Source: an uncultured virus (IMG/VR IMGVR_UViG_3300031565_000011)
Taxonomy: Duplodnaviria; Heunggongvirae; Uroviricota; Caudoviricetes
IMG/VR virus record: IMGVR_UViG_3300031565_000011
Length of the DNA: 28,629 bases
Strand: one strand, 5' to 3'
Shown in pieces: positions 9,331 through 16,538 of this stretch. Numbering within the stretch: the stretch's first letter is position 1; every line of letters begins with the position of its first letter. The position numbers and the translations under genes were made by a program. A model generated the notes under the pieces. That model was given only the letters and a program-made list of their open reading frames with translations, was not told the origin of the DNA and ran no database searches.

Positions 9331-9540
9331 TTATTTCAATACGACGACTGTATATATAAAGAACCCGTCATGGTCTTTCTTGACCCAATGTAAAAAATAC
9401 TTCTCTTTTTCAGTTTTATATATCTCTATAACAGGACAATTAACTTCAGAAGGAAGTGCAAAACTTCCAACAATTTCAGCCCCATTCTCTTTAATAAACT
9501 CCATGAATTGATTATACGAATATATTTGTAATTCAGCCAT
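9331..9540 (-). CDS. Hypothetical protein
   Basis: 69 aa, AAGGA RBS. Confidence 0.55.
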   Translation of the reverse strand: MAELQIYSYNQFMEFIKENGAEIVGSFALPSEVNCPVIEIYKTEKEKYFLHWVKKDHDGFFIYTVVVLK

Positions 9541-9571
9541 TATATTATCCTTTCTTTAGCTTATTTAATTT

Positions 9572-9970
9572 TTAGATATAGCCCCGGCGGGCCTGTATAC
9601 ATCTAACTGGATCTAAGATAACAAAAAAGGTATAGTCAACGGGACCCTTTTCAAAGGCATCCCATCCCTCGTGAGGGTTGTGGATCATCTTCATGTCCTT
9701 CATGACTACCGAATGCATAATGCCTGTCGGTCCTTTGCCTCCTGCGCAGCAATAGCCATGCTTGATTGGTATTTCATCTTGGAACTCAACGGTCAAGGCG
9801 CCGAGGCCGAACTGAAGAAGCCATTTATTCAGTTCATACGTCCACTTATCTCGGTAATCGCCGCAGAAGTTCGGGACGTCTTCCAATTCCATCTCAAGTA
9901 TGGACGCGACGCAGGCCGCGAAACAGTTCCCGTCCGGATGGCCATATATTGTTTGAAAAACTGGTTTCAT
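9572..9970 (-). CDS. Phage hypothetical protein, possible papain/C39-like peptidase fold
   Basis: 132 aa; Q...GNCFAACVAS...HSVV...HNP arrangement resembles a Cys-His-Asp/Asn set. Confidence 0.55.
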   Translation of the reverse strand: MKPVFQTIYGHPDGNCFAACVASILEMELEDVPNFCGDYRDKWTYELNKWLLQFGLGALTVEFQDEIPIKHGYCCAGGKGPTGIMHSVVMKDMKMIHNPHEGWDAFEKGPVDYTFFVILDPVRCIQARRGYI

Positions 9971-10008
9971 ATCTTTTCTCCTTTACTTCTTATTCTTTAT
10001 CCTGCCTC

Positions 10009-10389
10009 TTATTCATGGCTCTCCCTCTCAATCCTGCGGTGAAGTATATTATCGTCCCGCTCATCCTCTGCCAGGCTTTCGGCCAACTGTAAAGCGACAA
10101 TGACATCTGCTTTTAATGTTTCGAGTTCTTCTTGTAGTCTTGAAACCCGCCGCTCTATTGCCCGGGCTGTTCTATGGAACTGCAGGCGGATTATTGCTGC
10201 TCCTGCTTCGACGACATAAAAGCAATCGTCGAACTTCTTTCTCCCATCCCATATATCGTCGACCAGTTGCTTCGATTCCTTGGGCCCAAGCCCGGTCATA
10301 TTATGAAGTTTCTTTATAGTGTTGATCCGCTCACCCTTTTCCTTGAGTTCCTGGAACTCCCTCTTGTCCTGCTCTGATATCGGAAACAT
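10009..10389 (-). CDS. Ribosomal protein bL12 (L7/L12) C-terminal-domain-like protein with coiled-coil tail
   Basis: GERINTIKKLHNMTGLGPKESKQLVD matches the bL12 KIxxIKxxRxxTGLGLKEAKxLV motif; start at ATG 10389 behind GGAGG. Confidence 0.7.
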   Translation of the reverse strand: MFPISEQDKREFQELKEKGERINTIKKLHNMTGLGPKESKQLVDDIWDGRKKFDDCFYVVEAGAAIIRLQFHRTARAIERRVSRLQEELETLKADVIVALQLAESLAEDERDDNILHRRIERESHE

Positions 10390-10391
10390 AT

Positions 10392-10622
10392 TTATTCCTC
10401 CCATAAAGTCTTGACTCGTCCGGTAGCAGAGTCCTTTACGGAAATCTGAACTACCTTGCCGTTGAATATATCAAGTGCTTTAAGCACTGACTTTCTTACC
10501 GATGGGATTATCCCTAATCTTTCCATCTGGGAATCAGCCCGCTCCGCATGGCTTTCCTTGCCAAGTAAATTATATTCTTTGTAGTGAATTTCATCCCCTT
10601 CCCGCCATTCGCTCCTGGGCAT
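10392..10622 (-). CDS. Hypothetical protein
   Basis: Start moved to ATG 10622 (AAGGAGG RBS); 76 aa. Confidence 0.6.
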   Translation of the reverse strand: MPRSEWREGDEIHYKEYNLLGKESHAERADSQMERLGIIPSVRKSVLKALDIFNGKVVQISVKDSATGRVKTLWEE

Positions 10623-10632
10623 ATATCCTCCT

Positions 10633-11655
10633 TTACTTGCGCTTCTTTTGTTTCGGTTTCCGCGCAACGATAATATCTTCATGGACATCCCAACCAACTC
10701 GTGCGTCGGCTTTTTTATTATTTATATCGAGCCCGCTTCTGGACCATGGTTCGGTCAACTGTCCGGTCGTGCAGCGGAGGTTCCAGAACTGATACCAGAG
10801 CGCCAACCCGGACTGCTTTATTATTCCCATCAACTCAAGAGTGATCGGATAATATTTGCCCTGCCTGAATGTATTTCCCATAATATTGCAAACGAAACCG
10901 CCGACCTTTACTACTCGGCAGCATTCCGTATAGATATCCAGAGACTTTTGCAGGAATAACTTCTTGGTCTTATGCGACTCCATGCTATCAGGAGTTTCGC
11001 CAAATTTCCAACTAGTGTACCAAGGGAATGACATAATAAGTAAATCAACCGAGCCGCTTTTAACATGCTTAAGGTCGGCAGCATCGGACTGCCTCACCTT
11101 GGGCATTTTCCACTCGGTATATTTCTTCCATCTATTCTTGAAATTCTTAACGGTATTTATATTGACATCGCTACCCATTACCCGCCGCCCCAGTTTATGA
11201 CACTCGAATAAAGTAGTTCCAGTACCAAGCATAGGATCATATACTTGACTATCCTGGTCGCTATACAGAAGCAGAAGTTTCCTGACTACATGTGGGAAGG
11301 TTCTTCCAGTGAACTTGATAGCATTGTAGAAAGGTATCTTCCTAACTTCATTTATTTGCTTAATAGTCGGACACCATACCGAGGTAAGAATCGGATGACC
11401 CTTATCGCTCAAGACTGGTTCAGTTATTCCATTCTCTCTCCGGTACCGAGTTTCCAGGGTAATACGCTCGCCCTTTTCCCTTGATATATTATCTACTAAG
11501 TTCTTCATATTCAATATCCTTATATAAAAGGTACGTATGTCATCTTTCACAATCACAGAAAAATCTTTATAATAAATATTACCATTAGGATCAAAATATT
11601 CCTTAAATACCTTACTTCCCTCCTGCACCAGAAGAATCATTACTGACCTTTTCAT
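10633..11655 (-). CDS. DNA amino-methyltransferase-like protein (N4-C/N6-A family, SAM motif before catalytic motif) with atypical SFPW motif IV
   Basis: YDPMLGTGTT SAM-binding motif, GSDVN, SDAADL, SVDLLIMSFPWY, ECCRVVKVGG, HEDIIVARK. Confidence 0.8.
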   Translation of the reverse strand: MKRSVMILLVQEGSKVFKEYFDPNGNIYYKDFSVIVKDDIRTFYIRILNMKNLVDNISREKGERITLETRYRRENGITEPVLSDKGHPILTSVWCPTIKQINEVRKIPFYNAIKFTGRTFPHVVRKLLLLYSDQDSQVYDPMLGTGTTLFECHKLGRRVMGSDVNINTVKNFKNRWKKYTEWKMPKVRQSDAADLKHVKSGSVDLLIMSFPWYTSWKFGETPDSMESHKTKKLFLQKSLDIYTECCRVVKVGGFVCNIMGNTFRQGKYYPITLELMGIIKQSGLALWYQFWNLRCTTGQLTEPWSRSGLDINNKKADARVGWDVHEDIIVARKPKQKKRK

Positions 11656-11851
11656 TCGCCTTCTTCTTTGCTACGTATTTCGGCCTTCCTTTCTCGTCTT
11701 TAATTAATTTCCAACCTAATGCTTCCATTCTTTTATTATATTCATCTATCGCAAAATCCATACAAGTATCACAAAAAGTAGAAAGCATTTTTTGCCGTTG
11801 GTGACCGCATTTAGAGCAAATGGGCACACCATTTTTAGACCGAGGTTCCAT
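11612..11851 (-). CDS. Zn-finger hypothetical protein
   Basis: CSKC...CDTC; start moved to ATG 11851 behind AAGGAG. Confidence 0.6.
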   Translation of the reverse strand: MEPRSKNGVPICSKCGHQRQKMLSTFCDTCMDFAIDEYNKRMEALGWKLIKDEKGRPKYVAKKKANEKVSNDSSGAGGK

Positions 11852-11862
11852 CGGGATCTCCT

Positions 11863-12093
11863 TTAATATTTTATCGGGCGGGGCGCCAAGGTAGCAAGCC
11901 CCGCCCATAGTCTAACTTCGTGGCGCGAATGTTCACGTTTTAACTTGTCTTGTACGCCTTCCTCCACCCAAGTATCGGAGTCTAACGGCGCATATTCCAC
12001 CTCCTTTTCTTTCCATTTCAAAGGCCAAAAGAAGTGTGTTAAAGGCAGGTTGTTGCTTGGATCCTTTAAAGCAATCTCTCGCGGTCCAGGCAA
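11863..12093 (-). CDS. Hypothetical protein
   Basis: 76 aa ORF, TTG start. Confidence 0.5.
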   Translation of the reverse strand: MPGPREIALKDPSNNLPLTHFFWPLKWKEKEVEYAPLDSDTWVEEGVQDKLKREHSRHEVRLWAGLATLAPRPIKY

Positions 12094-12143
12094 CGAATGA
12101 AACCTGCCTTACACCTAAATGTTATAGTATTCGATAAATTATA

Positions 12144-12452
12144 TTAAATCCAAGGATTGCTACTACCTTCAACTTTCCAAGGATATCTGGAGAATTCTGT
12201 TTTCGGCCGTGCATTTAGATCATGTATCTTTATTTCTATAGCGTCAGGATATGTGTTCATTATATCTTCCATGGCATCCTGGGCAGTAAATGTATCTCCA
12301 AAGAAATTATAAACATCTGTAACGAGATATCCCCAATTAAAAACAACAGTTGCCCGAAGTCGGGCAAAACTCCTATCGTCCATTTTAATAACATCTTCGA
12401 ATTCGAATTTGATCCCGTGATCGTTACAGTACTCCTTTTGAACGGAGCCCAT
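12144..12452 (-). CDS. Hypothetical protein
   Basis: 102 aa, AGGAGGT RBS. Confidence 0.65.
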   Translation of the reverse strand: MGSVQKEYCNDHGIKFEFEDVIKMDDRSFARLRATVVFNWGYLVTDVYNFFGDTFTAQDAMEDIMNTYPDAIEIKIHDLNARPKTEFSRYPWKVEGSSNPWI

Positions 12453-12461
12453 TTTAACCTC

Positions 12462-12875
12462 CTATAATATTTTACCAACTTGCGGCCTTTTCTTTTCTCT
12501 TTTCAATGGTTCAATTATTGTTCGCCCATCCGCAAGTAAATCAAAAGGGGAAATATAATAATAACCTAATTTATAATCAGCATATATAACCTTTCTTTTC
12601 TGCCAGTATATCTTTACGTTAGAATTACATATCGTTCTATATTCGATATAGTAAGCCTTACCTAAATCTTTTCTCCATTCGGCCGCTATCGGCATTCTAT
12701 AATGATCCTTACGGATATTAGTTTCAGCGAACTCAATATATGGTCCACGTTCACCAATAACTATTCGCGTATATCCAACCGCTATAAGTAAACCATCTCT
12801 GGTTCTGAATTCAGGGGCGTAACCTTTCCCTGGAATAATAGGTATCTTTAATCGTTTAATATAGTTTGTAGCCAT
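12462..12875 (-). CDS. Phage hypothetical protein
   Basis: 137 aa, AAGGA RBS; aromatic-rich GYTRIVIGERGPYIEF...YADYKLGYYYISP. Confidence 0.65.
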   Translation of the reverse strand: MATNYIKRLKIPIIPGKGYAPEFRTRDGLLIAVGYTRIVIGERGPYIEFAETNIRKDHYRMPIAAEWRKDLGKAYYIEYRTICNSNVKIYWQKRKVIYADYKLGYYYISPFDLLADGRTIIEPLKREKKRPQVGKIL

Positions 12876-12906
12876 GATTTGATTCCTTATATATTCTTTT
12901 TGCTTA

Positions 12907-12980
12907 TGGGCCTTGTAGGACTCGAACCTACGACCTGCTGATTATGAGTCAGCTGCTCTAACCAGTTGAGCTAAAGGCCC
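12907..12980 (-). tRNA. tRNA-Ile2 (anticodon CAU, lysidine type); CCA not encoded
   Basis: GGGCCTTTAGCTCAACTGGTTAGAGCAGCTGACTCATAATCAGCAGGTCGTAGGTTCGAGTCCTACAAGGCCCA folds as a full cloverleaf. C4-G69/C5-G68 pairs (TilS determinants) and CTCATAA loop; G1-C72 paired and no GGG/CCC anticodon stem, so not an initiator. Confidence 0.93.
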
Positions 12981-12994
12981 ACCGCCGACCCGAA

Positions 12995-13420
12995 CTACGC
13001 CTCTACCTCGTCAACAATCTTTATATATATATCGAGTGCCTCTGGCGTTATATCCTCGGTTAATTCAATAGTATCAAACTGACTATGTAGTTTGACCCAA
13101 CGAATCGGGATATCAAGTTTATGTGCGTATTTTATTTCTTCTATAACTCCTATGCTATCCTCCCAACCAGGAAGCATAAGCACGAATAATTCGGTGCATT
13201 TAGAAAGGAAAAAGAAATCGTATTCTTTCCAGTCTTCGAATCCACCGAAGAGCCTTCCTCCGCTCTGCTCGACTATCGGATGCGAATGCGATAGAGGGGA
13301 GAATACTTTCATCCCACTCTTAAATAATAGAGCAGCAGCCTTGGAAGCGAGTTTCGCTCTTTGGGCCATGACCTTTGGATCACAATGCGAATAGGGTGCC
13401 GCCAAATATTTCAGGTCCAT
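12995..13420 (-). CDS. DUF1937 family protein (nucleoside 2-deoxyribosyltransferase-like fold)
   Basis: YLAAPYSH...SPLSHSH...W...D...LPGWEDSIGV..EIKYA; AGGAGG RBS. Confidence 0.8.
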   Translation of the reverse strand: MDLKYLAAPYSHCDPKVMAQRAKLASKAAALLFKSGMKVFSPLSHSHPIVEQSGGRLFGGFEDWKEYDFFFLSKCTELFVLMLPGWEDSIGVIEEIKYAHKLDIPIRWVKLHSQFDTIELTEDITPEALDIYIKIVDEVEA

Positions 13421-13554
13421 ATCGTCCTCCTGACCTTCTCGATCCGCCTTCTACAATCCTTGCATCGACTGCCGAGCAGGATAATATTTTCTTCCGTATC
13501 AACCCATCCCTCTTTCCACCGATCAAAATATGGTAAAGGGGACTGATGTCGCAT
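13411..13554 (-). CDS. Small hypothetical protein (47 aa, CxxC)
   Basis: Below the ORF-track cutoff; strong AAGGAGGTG RBS; MRHQSPLPYFDRWKEGWVDTEENIILLGSRCKDCRRRIEKVRRTIWT; overlaps the next start. Confidence 0.6.
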   Translation of the reverse strand: MRHQSPLPYFDRWKEGWVDTEENIILLGSRCKDCRRRIEKVRRTIWT

Positions 13555-13600
13555 ATCTCACCTCCTTCCCACCTCTAAAAAGGTCTTACGTAACTTCAAC

Positions 13601-14135
13601 GCGGATGGCGGGCCATGCTCTCCGGGCCCTTTATTGGGATTCGTTCGCGACCCTGGCATTGTTAATCGCCCGCCATTTACCCGCGACTGCAATATATCAT
13701 GGTGAGTGATTGCTCACCCACCATAGAAGAAGGAACATCGGTCGTTTAGGGATGAGGAGTACTCTACCTTCTTCACGACCTTTGCTCCAATATCTTAACG
13801 GGCTTCCAGACCAGACCAACCGCCCAGAAGCCCATTGTGACAACACGCACGATATCTTATAAATAAGCGAGTTTCCGAGGCCCGCGAGACAGTTCATCGT
13901 ACATTGATAGCGCCTGCCCCGCTTTCCTAAGGCAGTAGGCGAACGATTTGTAGGCAACCTTCTGCCCTGTCGCCTTTTGTCGCCCCTCAACAAAACCTCA
14001 GCTTCGCATTTCCAATTTTTTTTACATAGGCGGGCACGAGTTTACGGCTTCCGCTATCGCCGCCAAGTTATCTCTTGGTCAGATTTAGGGGCCAAGCCCG
14101 AGGGTTACTCGATTTTATTTCCACGGGCGCAGCAG
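13601..14135 (-). ncRNA. Putative structured non-coding RNA(s) downstream of the tmRNA
   Basis: Consecutive stems whose mismatches are G-U wobbles on the minus strand, a GCAA tetraloop hairpin (13699-13724), a pseudoknot (13726-13780); no convincing ORF or RBS. Confidence 0.55.
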
Positions 14136-14140
14136 TTTAG

Positions 14141-14524
14141 TGGAGGCGGCGGGAATCGAACCCGCGTCCCGTCCGAGCATTCCCGCTCCGTCTACAATCA
14201 TGTTCCTTTGTTCTGTATTCGGCACAAAGGAAAAGGCCTCTCCGGAACTTTCTCCGGATAAGTCAGCGCCTATTTCTCGCATAATATCCGGCGCGAATAC
14301 TATGCCAGTCTGAATCGCGGCGTTACTTCACAGAACTCAGACAATTCCATGAGCAACGGAATGATCGTCAAGCAACCATTCTGGCGGCCATCTCGCTCCT
14401 GAAATTCAGCGGCGAGGCGACCTTCTTATTCTTGTTGGCACTTAGTTTTTTTGTGCTCCGTATCGTGGTAGCATACGGATTGCAGGAAACGCTTCAACCC
14501 GCCGGTCGAGCCCTTTACGCCCCC
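14141..14524 (-). ncRNA. ssrA: tmRNA (SsrA), one-piece, 384 nt
   Basis: 5' GGGGGCGTAAAGGGCTCGAC and 3' GACGCGGGTTCGATTCCCGCCGCCTCCA; acceptor stem with G3-U; PK1-like TCCGTAT/ATACGGA; resume context TAAGT-GCC; tag ORF 14439-14368 ANKNKKVASPLNFRSEMAARMVA*. Confidence 0.95.
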
Positions 14525-14532
14525 ATTTAATG

Positions 14533-14674
14533 TGCCGGGTCACGGGGAAAGGCTACCCGGCATTGCCTTGCTAACTCTGCCATTACCCAAGGCTACCCCG
14601 ATTTATGCCTTTAGGCCAGTCCCCACTTTGGGTAAGCGGGCTGGAGACCTGTTACAGGCTGAGTATTTACCCGC
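14533..14674 (-). ncRNA. Putative structured RNA (three stem-loops) immediately 5' of the tmRNA
   Basis: GCGGGT/GCCCGC (14674-14636), TTACCCAA/TTGGGTAA (14635-14583), TGCCGGGT/ACCCGGCA (14562-14533). Confidence 0.5.
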
Positions 14675-14692
14675 ATTTCTTCTTTAGTTCAA

Positions 14693-15459
14693 CTATGCTA
14701 ATCTATTATTTATTTTTGGTATATCAGCAAGTCTTCTTCTTGCTATTCTTATGTATTCTTTTCCGATATCAAATCCTATAAAATTTCTACCTAATAATTT
14801 AGCAGCAACAGCAGTAGTTCCAGTACCAATAAAAGGATCAAGAACGATATCTTTTTCTTTGGTAAAATATTTAATAAAATATTGTGGAAGACTCCTTGGA
14901 AAAGTTGCATGATGTTCTTTAAAGTGTTCGGATTTAAACCATGTTTTTATATTAGGAACATATCCATTGAGTGGAAAGTTATTATATCGAAATAAAAGAT
15001 TACCCTGTCCAAACATAAAAACATACTCCCATCCTTTAGCCACCCCTCCGCTTTTTTTGCAGTTATATTTGAAACCGCATGTTTATGCCATATAAATATA
15101 TCTATCAAATTATCCTGAAATTCGTTTTGAAGAAGCAAAATTGAACTCCTGGTGCTTTTAAGAAATTGAACATTCCAAAAAACATATCGCGAAACTCTTA
15201 AGCATTCCCTAATAGCTTGTATTATCCATAAACAATATTTTTTATCATTTATATCATCATCATAAGTATCATAATACCTATCTCCAATAGTGCTTCGCGG
15301 ATGGTATCCTAAGTTTTTTTTACTACCTATATTATATGGCGGGCTTGTAACTATTAAATCTATACTTTTATCTGGAATTTTGCTCATCCCTTCAATAGCG
15401 TCTATACAATATACTTTATTCAATTTCTTATTTAATTGTTTCTTAGTATATACTTTCAT
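14693..15459 (-). CDS. DNA methyltransferase, beta-class (SPPY, probably N4-cytosine), split by a -1 frameshift at A7 (15052-15058)
   Basis: ORF 14947-15459 carries DLIVTSPPYN; ORF 14693-15043 carries HHATFP and VLDPFIGTGTTAVAAKLLGRNFIGFDI. Joining at GCA AAA AAA/AGC GGA gives one ~255 aa enzyme. Confidence 0.85.
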
Positions 15460-15556
15460 ATTAGTCTATGCTCCTTTGATGGTATTTCTTTTAGTCTTTT
15501 CCACAATATACTTTATTGAGTTTCTTCCTGAATGTCTTCAACGAATATGGTTTCAT
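15460..15556 (-). pseudogene. Decayed N-terminal relic of a paralogous DNA methyltransferase
   Basis: MKPYSLKTFRKKLNKVYCG vs MKVYTKKQLNKKLNKVYCI of the adjacent MTase; 15-bp identity (15406-15420 = 15503-15517); frameshifted LKEIPSK/SID follows. Confidence 0.7.
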
Positions 15557-15575
15557 ATCTTCTTGCCCCAGCTTA

Positions 15576-16067
15576 TTAAATTAAGCTTGGAATTCTTCTC
15601 TCTATTGTAGCAATGGTATCATGTTGTGATCCGCCATGGCTTATTATTAAAATACGCTCTACTTGAAATCCCCTATATTTGCCCATCGAAATAGAATGAT
15701 AACCAAATGTAATAACTATACCCCGCAGCGCCAAAATATTTATTAACGAATCTTTTAGTATGCGAAGAGGGGAGGCCATTGCTCCCCTATACTTCTCTCT
15801 GGATTTTCTTGCCGAAAATGGAGGGTCCAGTATAATGGTGTTAAACTTATCACCAGTCCAAGTCTTAACAAATTCTAGTGCGTCCTTATGGCAGTCAGCC
15901 GGCATCTCTTCGCGAATATCATTCCTATATTCATTGCAGTTTAATAATGTTTTTCCAGCAAATAAATTAAGCACGCGACCTTCGACATGTCTTTCAACCC
16001 ATAGTCTAACCTTCTTATCTTTAAAGGTATACTTGGCAGCTTGGCTCTTCATATGTTGAAAGCGCAT
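15576..16067 (-). CDS. Small DNA adenine methyltransferase-like protein (DPPF)
   Basis: VLNLFAGKT SAM motif, DALEF, IILDPPFS; 163 aa with no target-recognition domain. Confidence 0.75.
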   Translation of the reverse strand: MRFQHMKSQAAKYTFKDKKVRLWVERHVEGRVLNLFAGKTLLNCNEYRNDIREEMPADCHKDALEFVKTWTGDKFNTIILDPPFSARKSREKYRGAMASPLRILKDSLINILALRGIVITFGYHSISMGKYRGFQVERILIISHGGSQHDTIATIERRIPSLI

Positions 16068-16212
16068 CTATTACACTCTCTTCATTATGGTTTGTAATTT
16101 TAATATTCGTTCTTGAATCCATGGTGTTAGTATATCCTTTCTTTCTTCCCAACACTCTTCCGTCTTGGGTTTTGAAATATCCATTGTATAAGACCGTAGG
16201 CCTTTCATACAT
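16021..16212 (-). CDS. Hypothetical protein
   Basis: 63 aa ORF. Confidence 0.4.
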   Translation of the reverse strand: MYERPTVLYNGYFKTQDGRVLGRKKGYTNTMDSRTNIKITNHNEESVIDALSTYEEPSCQVYL

Positions 16213-16242
16213 TCTCGTCTCATATCATTCATCTACTGCTTA

Positions 16243-16494
16243 CTATAAAATAACCAAGTCAAAAAATGTTTGATCCGGATGGCCTTGGTTCTTAATTGTT
16301 TCTCGAATCATAGTGGTTGCATAATCCAATAAAGTACCAGTCGGAAAAATCTTATTCACATCAGGATCGGAGTACCACCGGAATAGCATCACCTTTTCGC
16401 CATGGCAAAGTGGGCAAAAATGGTTATTTATCTTTCCTTTACCTTCACAGGCAGGACAGGGTTTTATTGACCAAACTTTTTCGTTCTCTTTCAT
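16243..16494 (-). CDS. DnaJ-type CxxCxGxG zinc-finger small protein
   Basis: CPACEGKG...CPLCHGEK; AGGAGGGG RBS. Confidence 0.65.
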   Translation of the reverse strand: MKENEKVWSIKPCPACEGKGKINNHFCPLCHGEKVMLFRWYSDPDVNKIFPTGTLLDYATTMIRETIKNQGHPDQTFFDLVIL

Positions 16495-16538
16495 CGCCCC
16501 TCCTATATACTCTTTATATATTCGCTTCGTATATTCAA

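Noticed and set aside
13601..13684. Twister ribozyme (TAACA...GCC...CCCAA words)
   Set aside because: The required pseudoknot pairings could not be built; kept only as an unassigned rod.
13915..13935. RNase P RNA (AGGAAAG word)
   Set aside because: Lacks the GAGGAAAGTCC and matching 3' P4 consensus.
13697..13993. 98 aa minus-strand ORF (MLRGDKRR...)
   Set aside because: TTG start without a clear RBS, unnatural composition, and it overlies strong RNA stems; probably spurious.
13977..14261. 94 aa plus-strand ORF
   Set aside because: Antisense to the tmRNA 3' end.
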